A stretch of DNA of 64,000 nucleotides from Phyllobates terribilis (lineage: Eukaryota), in contig NW_027362765.1 of assembly GCF_046119375.1 (NCBI RefSeq), positions 146,196,001-146,260,000 on the forward strand, read 5' to 3'. Position 1 is the first letter of the stretch. Every line of letters starts with the position of its first letter. The notes under the pieces are model-generated. The model had not been told where the DNA came from. It did no database searches and was given only the letters and a program-made list of their open reading frames with translations. Made by a program: the position numbers and the translations under genes. Positions 1 through 13,600 of this stretch are shown in pieces.

Positions 1-3000
1 ATCATAGCAGGTAGTCTCTACCCACTAGCTCAGAGACAACTGAAAATTACAGCTAGAGCCTGCAGAGAGGAAAACTGATGAAAAGTGCAGGATACACATC
101 ATATAATGGCCAGAAATACTGTTATTTATCATGTACGCACATGACAGTTTGGTCTGAAAAGTCACGTGAAACAATAGGTACACTAAAAATCAATATCCCA
201 TACAAATACTAATGGATGCAGTATACATTTTAGAATCAGTACTGTGACCACAACACATGAACAATACTCAATTCTACTTCACAGTGAACCTCTATGGTAT
301 TCTAAGTTCAGTAAGGTGGGATGTCTAGGTGTTGAGGCCAATATTTGGATCCTAAAATGTTGCCAGAGTACAGCCATGTGATATCTTAAAGAGGTTCCCT
401 AGGACTTAAACTGATTAGGATAAAACATTCATGCTTGAGAACAAATTTCAAGACCGCCACCAATCTATACAATAATAGGGGGTTGTGGCCCAATTCTTTA
501 TATAAACGACTATGCTTGGTATTCCGGCTTTTTTAAGCAGCCTTCACTTTATTTTGTTGATCGGTGTGGGTCTCAGAGAACACTATGGGATGCCCTGAAG
601 ATATGCTATCAATGGGAGAATCCCATCTTTGAACTATGGATAGATTAGGTAGTCAACAGAACATTATTCTCTACAGATACATTTCATTATCAGCTTTTGA
701 TCTTATATAGATACTTTCTTTTTAAAGCCCATATAGAGCATGTTACATATTACAGACTATAATCAGCACTAACGACACTCATTTTGCTTCTCTTACAGAA
801 GAGAAAACGCAGTTTAAAGATTGAGGACCATACATATGAGGTACGTACTCCACGTTAATGCTGTACAATTGGCCATAGACAGAATTATATTGGAGAAGAG
901 TTATTAGAATTGGCTCCATACAGTCAGTGTCGGACTGCGGCGCCAACGGCCCACCAGTAACCAACTCCAGGGCCCCACTTTTCAGCTACATGCAAATGTG
1001 ACATTATCTTCAATCACAATGAACTGGGTAGATTGTTACATGAATACGATGCTGCCTTTGTATGTATATAGTGATTCAAGTATATAGTGCCAAGTACTGC
1101 TCATATAAGAGGATGGTGGCCCACCGGAGGATCCACCTGTTCTCATGTGGGCCAGTCCAAGCCTGCATACAGTACGTGGATAACCTCTACTTCTCTGGGT
1201 TTGTCTTACCATCTGCTGTAGGACATGCTAGGATTTTTCTCACTGCCTGTCCTTTATACAACGTGTTGCATGACTCCATATCATCTCCTGCAAGCCAGTA
1301 TAAAATGACAGGTTCACCAAAACCGTGAATTCAGTGTTTCCATATGGGATAAAACTTTGTAAGGAATCTTACAACTACTGCAAATTTTCTGACCATATTG
1401 GATTTCTTAATGGTGATTTGCAGGCAGTGCTTAAAGAGGTTGTCTGATTTTGTTTTTCACTTAAACGCATGTATGTGTGGCTTAAAAATCATTTTTGCAA
1501 TTGGGTGTCATTAAAAATGTTGCACCTTTTGGCTTTTTACAGGCTCTTTGTTTCCGAGCACATTCATATTTGATGTGATCTGTGGTCATAAGTCATCTTA
1601 GAGCAGGTTAGAATAATACAGATAAAAAAGTTACAAACTCACCCATCAGACCGAGCTCACTGACAGATTCTTAGATAACTCATTCTGCAAGCAAGCAACA
1701 CCGAGGCAAATGGTGCAAAATGTCTGATGAATCCCAATTGCAAAAATGGCATATATGGCACATGTGGGGCTCAAACTCAATGTGCAGAATTCAAATGAAT
1801 TATGTATTGGGGATGTACTGACACAATCAGTCTTGTTGGGTGGTAGTGAGACACCTAGTGGAGACTTTAATGTACTGCTTGAATGATGGAAATGTTAGCA
1901 TGGAAATGCAGCCTTCCAATACAAACGGTCATTTTCCTGAAGCAGTTTCGCCATTGTTCTTGCAGCAGCCGGCGTCTTTTACTCTATACTTTCGAGTATA
2001 TAGAGAAGAAGAATGAGCATGTCACTTTTTTAACCACTTCTGGGTTTCCCAACTCTATAGCTGTTCAAAGACGCGACATAAAACGGAACGTACACAGCAA
2101 TGTTCATTTTATAGGGCACTTTTGCAGGACTTTTTCAGGAGGAAACCGCCTGAAAAAGACACTGTGTGCACATACCCTTACACAACCCTTACATTTTTAC
2201 ATCCATATTATGGCCATAAATGCCAATCTGACCTGAATTAATTGCATTACAAATCACTATTGAGCGATTAGTTCAGCATCATTAGGATCATTGGGATTTC
2301 CAGCCGCCATAATGGATGCGCAGAAATATGCTCGTATTTCACTGGCCCATATGCCAGATCCTTATAGAGCCGTGAGCGGAGCCTTGGGAACCATATATTT
2401 AGTATTGGATTGTCATCATCCACAGTACGCTTTGTTTCAGACATATCTAGTATGTGTACTTATATTTCGTGTTGTGCATTACACAGGGGCTGGAAGCCTA
2501 TCAGACAGCGACCTACGAGGACATCCAAAACGTACGAGTCCTTGCAGCTAAGACCATGGAGGGCGAGCACCCATGCCTTGAGTAGAAACATCACGATGGG
2601 GGATATTCTGACCCTTTATTGCAAAGTCTTGGGTTCAAAGTCACGAATAAACCAGTTCTTCACCATAACACCTGAATGCACTGGTTGGAACCCAAAGTTA
2701 TGAGGATGGACTTGCCGCAAACTAACAGGAAAAGACTACTATGTTGAGGGATCTTGTCCTCATTTTTTTTTCTCCTCTGCCTTTTGGGACAAGTGGGACT
2801 AATATGTACCCAGCTTTAGCAATGTATAAACCTGCTACACCTGTGAAACTCCTGAATGTACCATATATTGTAGCTATCTATCAGGCGTTGTTCAGATGTT
2901 TTTGACTTGATGGGGAGATCCATCTTAAAGGGGTTGGTCAATTTTTATAATCCCTTTTAGTTAGAACAGACTCATCTAGGGTTATTGCAGCCAGCTGTAC

Positions 3001-4088
3001 AGGGTAGCAAGTGTTCAATTTCCCTGCAACACCCCCACAGGGTAAAAGAGGTATTACATTGTGTATATTAAAATCATTGGTCTGTGTAATGTACAGATAT
3101 GTTGCTCCTCTAGACTAGCTCTCCGCAGCCACTCTCTACTTTGTCTAGCTGATGGAGAAACCCCCGCTAGTAACCCAAATTTGACCTATCAAGAAATCTA
3201 AAATTAGGTTTTTGAAATAAAACAACCCCCTTATGCATCATAATGTGCCGACTGTGGGTGTCAACACTCAGTGAACAGACCGCAATGTTCAGTAAAGTGT
3301 CCTAGTAGTTTTGAACCTCACAAACCCATTGCCCATATTATAGTAAAGGTGCATCATTGATATCTAAAGCAGTGATCTGCAACTCCAACGTTCATGCTCT
3401 GATGAAACTACAACTCCCAGCATGCCTTGACAGCCGCAATTTGCTGAAAACTATTGTTCCAACAGTCGAAAGCCAATGGTTGCAGTCCTCTGAGCTAAAG
3501 CTATGTGAAAGGAAGTCTGTCAGCACAAAGTGACTGTTCAAACCAAGCTTGGTTCCCCATTGGTGTGGCCAAACAGTTAAGTTCAACTTCCCACCTACTT
3601 GTTTTTCATCTATCTCTTCCCCTTTTCCTTAATTGACATCTCTAGCTTTAAAGGAGAAAGATGAGGGTGGAGATCAACAAGTAGGTGGGAAGGTGCTGAA
3701 AACGGCTTAGCTACTCCAAGAGTACACCAAGTGACTGTGCTTGGTTCGTACAGTCATTTTGCGCTGACAGGCAGCCTTTAATAAATAAGTTACTTTCTTG
3801 GCAGACTTTAAGAAATTATATTTTACTCACTCCATCACTTGCATTTAGAGGAAAGTGTTTAAACTAATGGATTGTGCAGAAGTGTAACCGGTTTGCTCCT
3901 TCTATAATATGGTGCTATTATTATGATCCCTGATGCATATACGTAAGTGTGTAATAAATGCAGAAAAATAAAATTATTACGTGGAAATGCTTGTAAGATT
4001 CAATTTCACGATTTTTCAAAACTTTCACGTCAATGTCCTACTTCTTGGTTGGCAAAAGTGTTTAAAAAAATATGAAAGGAAGCATTAA

Positions 4089-4351
4089 AGGGAATGTTTC
4101 ATCCCCCTGGGCGATATCAGATCTCTACTACGGCCATATAAGGTATATAAAAGTAAATCTATACATACCTATATGGCCCATAGCAGAGGTCTGATTGCAG
4201 AGAAAAGCACTTTAATCAATTCTTTTTTCCACAGGTTTGGCGTCTGCTTATTATGGCTATGGGCCATACAGGTATGTATAGATTTACTTTTCTATACCCT
4301 GTATGGCCATAGTAGAGGTCTGATATCGCCCAGGGGGTTGACACATTCTCT
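4089..4351. mobile_element. Palindromic T2-type MITE
   Basis: TTAA-AGGGAATGT...ACATTCTCT-TTAA with paired arms. Confidence 0.8.
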
Positions 4352-6071
4352 TTAACTCCGTGACATTGTCCCAACTGACAGAGCATGCTGCCATGATGAA
4401 ATAAAATCACACCATGGATGTCGTTTGGTTTTTGACCTCATATGTGAATAGGATTTTTTAACATTTGCACTTTATCCTATCACATCTGGAAGCTGGATTC
4501 TGCTCCTGTTTTTGCAAGAAATATACTGTTCTCTCGCAGACTGTACAAGTGTGAATGCAGCCTGTCTCATGTACATTACTGTCTTATGTTCTATAGAAAA
4601 CCAGGTGTGAACAGGTGCAAGATAAGATAGCCACTTCAATATGTAGCTAACCAGTTAAAGCAGCACTCCATTACGCTATAGTATGCATACATGGAATATA
4701 TGAAATTGGAATTGCATCACTGCTATAGGAAAAAGTTAAAAATTAAGATAGTTAGCGCATAAATTGGCCAATTCATGTGTGCCCAATAGCCATCGACAAG
4801 GAGACTTTCTTTGCTGGGAACCTAACCTAATGTGATTCCTCTCTTGTGCTGATAGTCTACAATTATATGGGTAGGTAGGATTGAACTGTGATTAAAACCG
4901 CCATAGGCTGATGGGTGGAGTGCTTGGTCGGAACCTCTCAGCCCAGGAGAGGTTTCTTACTAGTTTAGGTTCCCAGCAAAGAAGGCGCCTTGTCAATGAC
5001 ATAACACAGCTTCTACAGAGGGTCCTAATGTACCTCGTCTATGTTACACTGAAAAATATGGAATGCGGAGGACAATGGCAAAGGCACACTATAGGGACTT
5101 GTTTGCCATTGCACCAGCTCCATGCACATAGCTTTGAATTTAGTGTGCAAACAGCGTCATTGTTCTCGGCAGCACAAGTCCTGCTTACAAAAGACGATGT
5201 GCTGCTGAGAACAATGATCTTTTCTGCAAACCGAAAGATGATTTCACCATTCATCAGGTGATAGGCAACCTGTGTAGACTGCACGGTTATGATAAAACAA
5301 GCGCTTCTAGAACTCGTTACCGATAATCGTGCAGTGTACATGGACCTTCAGGTTAACTCAAGGCAGCTGTAATATGGCCACTGTATTACAGCTACAATAA
5401 TCAGCCTTTCTGTGAAGAGCACTATTGTAATCTAGGGTCAGATGAGTTGTCAGTGGGTCTGGGTGTTCAGGTGTAAGGAGATTCGGAGTATGGAGCCATT
5501 TGCTAAAATGAAAGTTACTTTGTGATCCCAATCTGGCTTCCATTCCAGCAACTGTCTTTTACCACCAGAAAAGAGTCCAGACGGAGAACAAAGTGCCTCC
5601 ATCTTCCACGTTATAGTTGGGGGTTCTGCTGCCCAAATCCCATTTTTCATGGCATCAGACGCAAGCCCTGATAGAGCCAGAAAGGATTTGTATATAAAAT
5701 GTAATAAAAAAATGAATAGGACAGTATGAAAGCGGTGTATGGAGGCAACAACAAATTGTGTGGGGTGAGTGCAAGGTCTCCCTTAGCGTCTACTCTACGT
5801 CTGTCCACTTCTTTAATATTCAGAATGGATGTGTAGCCAAAGAGCGGGTGGATTTCTGCCTATTTAATATAAAGGATATAGGTGTCACTTACTGCATTAA
5901 TGGATCAGAACGATCCACATGGTATTCAATGAAAGCCAAGCTACGCTCCGTCAATGGAATATAATGCGAGCGGTAATATGAGCTTTACAGAAATACTGTA
6001 TATAGATGTTTGTACGAGGAGAAATGTCACCTTGTTTTATCCATATTAAAGAAGTGTCACATGAGAAACGT

Positions 6072-6143
6072 TTCATACATGTATTAGTTGTGACCTGACC
6101 GTTGTAAACACCTTTTGATTATTAATCATTTTACATATATAAA
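6072..6143 (+). promoter_or_regulatory. GH proximal promoter: TATA box with upstream Pit-1-like AT-rich sites
   Basis: TATATAAA at 6136-6143, about 70 nt before the ATG. (A/T)nNCAT motifs TTCATACAT (6072-6080) and ATTAATCAT (6121-6129). TGACCTGACC nuclear-receptor-like half sites at 6091-6100. Factor assignments are by motif resemblance only. Confidence 0.7.
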
Positions 6144-6213
6144 TGGATGAGACCGGACCTGGTCCTTACATCAAGAAGACCTGCACCACCAACTGCTCCA
6201 CAACCAGAAAGCT

Positions 6214-8946
6214 ATGGCTTCAGGTATGTCTTCAAGCAGATGGCTAGAAAAAAAACATGGCTGCTGGCTTCCAAAAAAAATTTCTCATCTGTCCGTAGGT
6301 TGTGACTTGATATTGCAACTCAAGTGGATGGGACTAAGCAATACCAAGCGCAATCTGTGGGCAGGGTTGGCAAATTGATGGTGGCCAATGCAGAAATGTC
6401 TGAAAGAGTTGTGGTGACATCATAATTTATTATCTCATGTTAACTTATGTTGTTCATTACCTCTGCTCCTAGGACTGTGCTCCTCGCTTGGACTGCTGCT
6501 CATCATGGGCCTACAAAGCCCTCCAGGGTTCAGCGCCTTCCCACAGATACCTCTTGCCAGTCTCCTCAATAATGCTGTAATCAGGGCACAGTACATTCAC
6601 CAGGTGGTGGCAGACACATACAGAGACTATGTAAGTACTGGACTGATTGGAATAGAACATGTATAGCAGCACTTTTATATCTGAAGGGGGTTCTCAACTG
6701 AGAAACTGACGCCATATACCATGGTGCACCTCCAATGTCCTGACTGAGGCGGTATATAAAGACTCAGACATATACTAATGCCTAGAAGGGTGGGACTGGC
6801 TACTTCAGCTTCTTATATAGATATAATGCATGCACTGTGGCTCAGTGGTTAACACTGCAGTCTTGCAGCTCTGTGGTGTCCTGGGTTCAAATCCCACCAA
6901 GGACAACATCTACAAGTAGTTTGTATTTTCTCCCCGTGTTTGGGTGGGTTTCCTCCGAGTTCTCCAGTTTCCTCCCACACTCCAAAGACATACTGATAGA
7001 GAATGTAGATTGTGAGCCCCAATGGGGACAGTGCTGATATGGGCTGTGAAGGGCTGTAGAATTAATGGTGGTATATAAGTGAGTAAAATAAATAAATATT
7101 CTGCTCCTGAGCAGCTAATATGCAGAGAAATGCTAAACAGCCCCTTTAAAGAAAATCAGGCTGTGTTGCAGTTCCTACTCAGTACCTGGGAGTAGCACCA
7201 TTACAGACAAAAAGCTGACAAGAGTTCCTGAATTTTACTTAGCTCAGTAGAAGGTCCATAAGGCCACTAGACATCAGAAATAATCAACTAAACCCATTGA
7301 TTTTGGCAGAATTGCTTGTTTTCTTAAGCATATGGGGGCCTCTTAATAACAGATATTGAGGGGAAGAAGGATCAGGCTTTTAACGTTCAAAGCTCTATCC
7401 TTTTGTTCTCAGGGAGATAAGCAGTCACCAAAAGTATCTGGCAATGGCTTTTTCCCTTTTCCCTATTGAGAACACATGCCAAGCCAACATGCACGTGTAT
7501 GGGAAGGGCAAGAACGAGTCATCCTGCCGAATGGGCATTTGGAGAAAAACTGTTGAAAATGTATGGCTGCTTCCTAATGGGCCCCAATGGTTGGCAGATT
7601 TCAAACTGGAGTCCAATATATGTAAATGTAATTACTGTAGGGTCACACAACCTTATGTTCTCCATCCGAAAAAAAGCGGTCCGATTATGCTAATCAGACT
7701 CTGATCATAGTGGGATCCGTTTTACTCGGATGTGAAGAATAAAAAAAAAACGTCTTCATCTTCTCCATTCTGTTAGTCTGTAAAAATAAGACTGCACTCA
7801 GATGTCAGATTTTTTCCACAAACCCATATACTTGAATGGCTGATTGCGATCCGATTATTGGAGGCAAATTTTACATGCTATGATTTTTTTACTTGGACCA
7901 CTCGGTCAGAGGAAAAAAATTGGAAATGTGCACAGCCGCATAGTATAGCATTGGTCCGAGTGTGATCCGATGTTTAATGGATCGCACTCAGACCGAAACT
8001 ACGGTCATGTGCATGAGCCCCATTTCTCAGATGATATTGCAAAGAACCAAACCCAACCAATATTGTGTATTGCCATGAATTATTAATCGCACTATAGCCG
8101 GCTGTCCTGTTGACTAGCTTACATCTCTCTTCCAGGAACGAACATTCATCCGTGAAGATAAGAGATACTCAAATAAAAACTCCTATGCAATGTTCTGCTA
8201 CTCAGAAACCATCCCAGCCCCAACCGATAAGGACAACACCCACCAGAAATCAGTAAGTTGGTTCCTCCGCTGTATGGGTATCTAACAGCCTGAAGGTTGT
8301 TTCGCGAGTCTATCACCATAACTACACCGCTAGCAAAACTCTTAACTAGTTTTCACTTATTACAGGATGTGGACCTTCTTCGATTCTCCCTCACACTCAT
8401 TCAGTCTTGGACGACACCGGTGCAATCGCTGAATAAACTGTTCACCAATCAAATGTTCGGGAATGCGGTCTATGAAAAACTGCGAGATCTTGAAGAAGGA
8501 TTATACGCTCTCATAAGGGTAAGATGAACCTTCACAGTACTCCCCCTGCTGGTGAGCTAGTGGTAATGCACCCATACTGCGGTTCTCGGCAGAGGCTGCT
8601 ACCCATTGAATGGAGATGTGCCACACAGCTCCATTCAATGGTCACATCCAGAGCTAATAACAGCTCAGGGTGCTGGGTCATCGATCCGATATGGATGACC
8701 TAGTCTATCCTTTTAATGATTCATCTTTTTTGCTATCACCAGGAACTAGATGATGGAAACGCCCGGACTTACGGCCTACTGACCTTCACGTATGACAAAT
8801 TTGACTCCCATCCAGACAACAACGATGATGCACGGATTAAAAACTATGGTCTCCTGTCCTGTTTCAAGAAAGACATGCACAAGGTGGAGACTTACCTAAA
8901 AGTGATGAAGTGTCGACGGTTTGTGGAGAGCAACTGCATGGTGTAA
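6214..8946 (+). CDS. GH1: Growth hormone (somatotropin) precursor, 213 aa; join(6214..6223,6473..6630,8136..8252,8366..8518,8743..8946)
   Basis: All four introns are GT-AG and the frame is continuous. Translation: [25 protein letters not shown]|[90 protein letters not shown]...[21 protein letters not shown]...[35 protein letters not shown]. It has a signal peptide, the four canonical Cys and the tetrapod 5-exon layout. Confidence 0.98.
6832..7097 (+). mobile_element. tRNA-derived SINE (V-SINE type) in GH intron 2
   Basis: A-box TGGCTCAGTGG (6838), B-box GGTTCAAATCC (6884), central GTTTGTATTTTCTCCCCGTGTTTGGGTGGGTTTCCTCC domain, L2-like 3' tail and an AAAT end. Confidence 0.8.
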
Positions 8947-9127
8947 ATGAATGCTACAAGTGGCTGCCCTCTTACAAGAAGCCCAGAAACCTGCTGCATT
9001 TTATCATCAGCCGCTTGGAGAAAATCAGAATGGTTAATGTAATGCTACTATCATACTTCCTGACCAAAGAATATGTGTTTCTAATGTATTTTGCCTAGTC
9101 TCTTAAATGTATTGTATATTGTAAAAT

Positions 9128-9133
9128 AATAAA
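9128..9133 (+). terminator. GH polyadenylation signal
   Basis: AATAAA about 180 nt after the GH stop codon, in an AT-rich context. Confidence 0.7.
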
Positions 9134-10324
9134 AGAATAAGAAGCAGAATCATTGTAAGGCGTTAATAATCTACTTCAGAATAACTACAGTAACACGTAT
9201 ACTCCCAAAACCAATAAAAACAAAATCAGGTGGCATGAAGGGCATATACTGCCAGGATCTTATGGCTGTCAAGCAGCATAAAAGTCCTTGTGTCCAAGGC
9301 TGACACATAGTCAATGACACACATGTGCTTAAAGGAAATCTGTCAGAAGGTTTTGCTACACAATATAAGAGCAGGATGATGTAGGGGCTGAGACCCTGAT
9401 TCCAGTGATGTGTCACTTACTAGGCTGTGTGTTGCTGCTAAAAAGAAAAATATCAGTGTTTTAACACCAGGAGATTATCACTACAGGGCTAGGTGTCTTG
9501 TGCCTCCTAGTCCTCCTGCTTTGTGTAATCCTGGCCCCCACCACTGATTGTACACAGAAAGCTGCCAATAAGTGGTATAGGTGGGGGTTATACAGGGTTC
9601 AGCATTCTCAGCACTGCTACATCTGCAGCAGAGAAAACAGTGGTTGTATCAAAATGACAGTATGAAGACCAGCAAGGGCCACAGGATATAGGGGCTGAGA
9701 TCCCGATTCTAGCGATGCTACTCTCAGATTACATTGCAAAAGCCTGGTGACAGTGAGAAAAGCGTCATTTTCTATGTCTGTGTATCACTGTTGTCTACCA
9801 TTAGTTATTATGTAATACAATTCATCAAGCAGAATGGGCTCAGTCAATTGCAGAGATGCTCTGGGTGATGACCACAAATCTTCATGCCCCTGTGTGTTCT
9901 GTTTTTCCCAATGAATCTCCTTCTGGCTAACTCCCTTATTTTGTAAAACTACTGGCACCCAATCATTTTGCCTGAGTTTGCACATCGCCTGTGACACGCA
10001 TGCTGCTGCAAAAAGCTCAGTCTGTAGCCTCTCCTGTGCTTTTAAGCCATGAAATGTGAATCTACATGACTAGAACCTCTTTACGATGTGATCTGGTGAC
10101 GCCATCCTTTGGGATGCCTGGGCAATTTATCATGGGACATATAATTACTAGTGTTTCTGCCTGTAATATCTACGATCGAGATGAGGAACAGCAGTCTGCT
10201 GGTGTAACTTCTTAAATAAGTCACTTAAACATACTAATAAAGGTTTAGAAATAGCCATTATAGAAAAGACACAAACTACGGTAAATATCACAAAATTATA
10301 CATTTCACAACAAAACGTTACACA

Positions 10325-10330
10325 TTTAAT
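10325..10330 (-). terminator. Candidate RDM1 polyadenylation signal
   Basis: ATTAAA on the minus strand about 40 nt after the stop codon. Confidence 0.45.
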
Positions 10331-10369
10331 GTACAAAGTACAAAAATAAATTATGAAAGATAAGAACTC

Positions 10370-10634
10370 TTATGATTCTATCACAGTGTCTTCCTGGAAG
10401 GTGAGCTCGGCCCAGTCCTCGTCTTCCCCTCCTCCAGGATCTAGTGGAGTCCATGAGAAGTCATTTACCTACGACACAAAAATATTTATAACAAGTCGAA
10501 AGGGAATAGCAAAATTCCAACACCTGCCGAGAGGACGGCACAAAGAGACTTAAGGGAATGTGCCCACGATCCAGAGCTGCGACACTGCAGAACAGCCACA
10601 CGGCTTCCGCCCTCATTATGCAAACGAGCGGCCG

Positions 10635-10673
<39 letters not shown>

Positions 10674-13600
10674 TGTGGACTTTCCTCATTGATGATGGGT
10701 TGGAAAAATGCGCCGCATGTCAGTTTCCGCAGGTGATCCGCAGGTGCACTGGGACGCATAGTGGACATGGGATTTCTAGAAATCCCATCCACTATACTGT
10801 AACATCTGGCCATAAACACGCAGCCTCAAACCCGCAGAATTTCCTGATCATTGGCATATACACCAAGGGATTTTATAAGTGATTTTCTGGGAAAAACATT
10901 AAACCCCATCACCCCAGGGCCATTTTCCGTTTTCATTTTTGTCCTCCCCTTCTTCCAAGAGCCATAAGTTTTTAAAATTTCCATCAATATAGCTTTATGA
11001 GGGCTTTTTTTGTGGGACGAGTTGTCATTCAAAAGTACACCATTGATTTTACCATATAAAGTACTGGAAAATGGAAAAAAAAAAAATTCAAGTCCGGTGA
11101 ACTTGCAAAAGTTCAATTCCACAATTGTTTTTTTATTTACGATGTTCACTATATGGTAAAACGGACCTGGCAATATGATTCTCCAGGTCAGTACTATTAC
11201 GGAGATACCAAACATGTATAGGTTTTTTTCATTTAAGTGGTGAACATTTTTTGGTGAAATTTGTATGAAAAAACATTTTTGCTTTTGTTGCCATTTTCCG
11301 AGACCCATAGCATTTCCATTTTTCGGGATCTGGGCCTGGGTGAGGGCTTATTTTTTTAGTAAACAGCATCGCATTTAACAGCACCTAGTTCCACTTTAGG
11401 AAATCACACGGAGCTCTCCTAGTCTGGGACGTAGAAGCACAAAATTCAAACAAAGAAGATTCCTCCAGGGATGACAGGTTATTAAAAACTAGAAAAAAAA
11501 TAGTCTTTATTTACTAATGTTAAAAATAGGTAAATTCTCTGGTCACCATGAGATCTTCAGAAAAAAACACACTCAACCGACGCATTTCTTAAACTGAATC
11601 TCTCCAAAACTGAACTCCTTGAGTTTCTCCCCTCTACTAACCTAGCCTTAATCATCGTTAAGGCTTTTAGCTGAAACGCGTCGGTTGTATGTGTTTTTTC
11701 TGGATATCTCATGGTGACGAGTGCATTTATCTATTTTTAACATTGGTATAATGAAGATCAATGAAATCATGATCTCTTATTAACACCTGCCACGAGCCGG
11801 CATTCACAGGAGTATTGTAATGACAGGCACGGGGGTCATTAGCAGACCCCAGGCTGTCATGACAACGAATTGGCGCCCTGCAATCACATCATGGGCGCAC
11901 CGATGGGAGCGTGGAATGACCTGCGAACCTGTTAAATCTTTCAGTCAGAGATTGACAGCAGGATTTAACAGGTTAACAGCCACAGGCGGAGCACCGCTCC
12001 TCCCACGGCTGTTAAAGGCATATGATGGCTGACTAAATCATGTGTCGACAAAGCCATCATGTGTCGACAAAGATGTGGGCTCAGCATGCGAGCCCGCATT
12101 AAAATCAGGGGTCACGACATATGACGAAAATACGCTATATCTCATATGTCGTGAAGGGGTTAATGGGGATTCCCAAGAAAATAAATTTCCCCAGTCAGCT
12201 TGCATTAGTTAATAATATTAAGCGTTACTTACACAACAAGGCTTAGGCAATGACTTTTTTTGTGGCTGCCCATTTTCGTTTTTGACAACCTGCAGTCATT
12301 ACATCATGATTACAGTGCATGTGACTGCTGCAGACAATCACTGGGCTCAGTGGTCTTGTGTCTACTACCTTGGCATCAATATTGTGCCCATTAATTGGTT
12401 GCAGCAGTCACTGGGATACTGAAGGACAAGGTGATTCCATACCTGAATGAGTCTTTGCAGTTCTTCCTCTGTTAGGCAGTCTACAGTATCATCTTCACCA
12501 GCAACATATTCCACAGCAACCTTACCACTGTCTGTATTGGAAGGAAGACACATACAACTATCAAGAAGTCCCCTAGGGCAGATCAGAATTGTCGTGGAGT
12601 AATTTACTTTAATGGGCTTAATAGCCAGGAAATTCCTGCATGCAAGTCCTAATTGGCCAACACTCGAGATGCAGCCCACATTATTAGTATATTGCGCATT
12701 CACCTCTTTGTTGCTTTAGAGGATGATTAGAGGCCGAAGACCCTAGAGTTACTGTCACTAAAGACTGACAAGATAAAAGTAATTGGACCCCCCTTAATTA
12801 TATAGGTTAGGAATATGCCATAAATTTCTTTAGCGAGACCCTTTAATGTTACAGGATTATTTAATATTATGTAAGGTTATATAAAACAGTCTCCAATAAC
12901 CATTACCAAAAACCACCAGCAGGAGCTTCTGGAAAGCGTTAGACAGAGCCTTTTGCTGGGAAAACTTCTGTACTTTCTCGGTCTTTGATATAAATACCAT
13001 TGGATCTGGGAAGAAAATAAAACAAGACATGGACATATAATAGCAGTAGAAAAAAAAACTACCATGTACACCTGCACATCATAAGTGCTGTCACACGGTC
13101 ATTTATTGTACAGGTCCTATAGTCCTGCATCATTATTGCACTATATGTATGGGCTCATATAATGGTCAGTGGCACTTTATATCCCAGTGCTATGCTCCTC
13201 TTCCTCCGGCCCTGCACAGGTATAAAAACAAATTACCAGTTTACATAGTACCTCCCATTGCCCCAGGACATGTTCCCTCCATAGTAATACAAAAAGTGCA
13301 ACGATCACGTTGTGATAACAGCATTAAATTAAAATATCTCATAATATCAATGAAGTCATAATGCATAAGTAAAGCATTACAGGGGTAGTCCAGCAATAAC
13401 AAAACTGCAGAGATATGATAACATAATAAAATAACCAAAAACCACCTGTCAAGTCCCCTGTTCCAGCAGCGATAATATTACATATATCGCTACATGAACG
13501 CTGCAGCCAATCACTAGCCTCAGCTTTGATACTGGCATATGCAGCACAGGACCTCTCAGGCCAGTGATTATTCACGGGACCATTGTAAACAATGTTCAGC

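Noticed and set aside
2230-2750. Possible decayed L1/Tx1 ORF2 remnant on the minus strand
   Set aside because: Only vague peptide resemblance; a profile search is needed.
1-6000. Search for CD79B or other exons upstream of GH, including ORFs 1883-2236, 4911-5261 and 5039-5341
   Set aside because: No recognisable coding signal; the region consists of MITE fragments and AT-rich spacer.
6832-6900. tRNA-like A/B boxes
   Set aside because: This is the head of a SINE, continuing into the V-domain and an L2-like tail; there is no complete cloverleaf.
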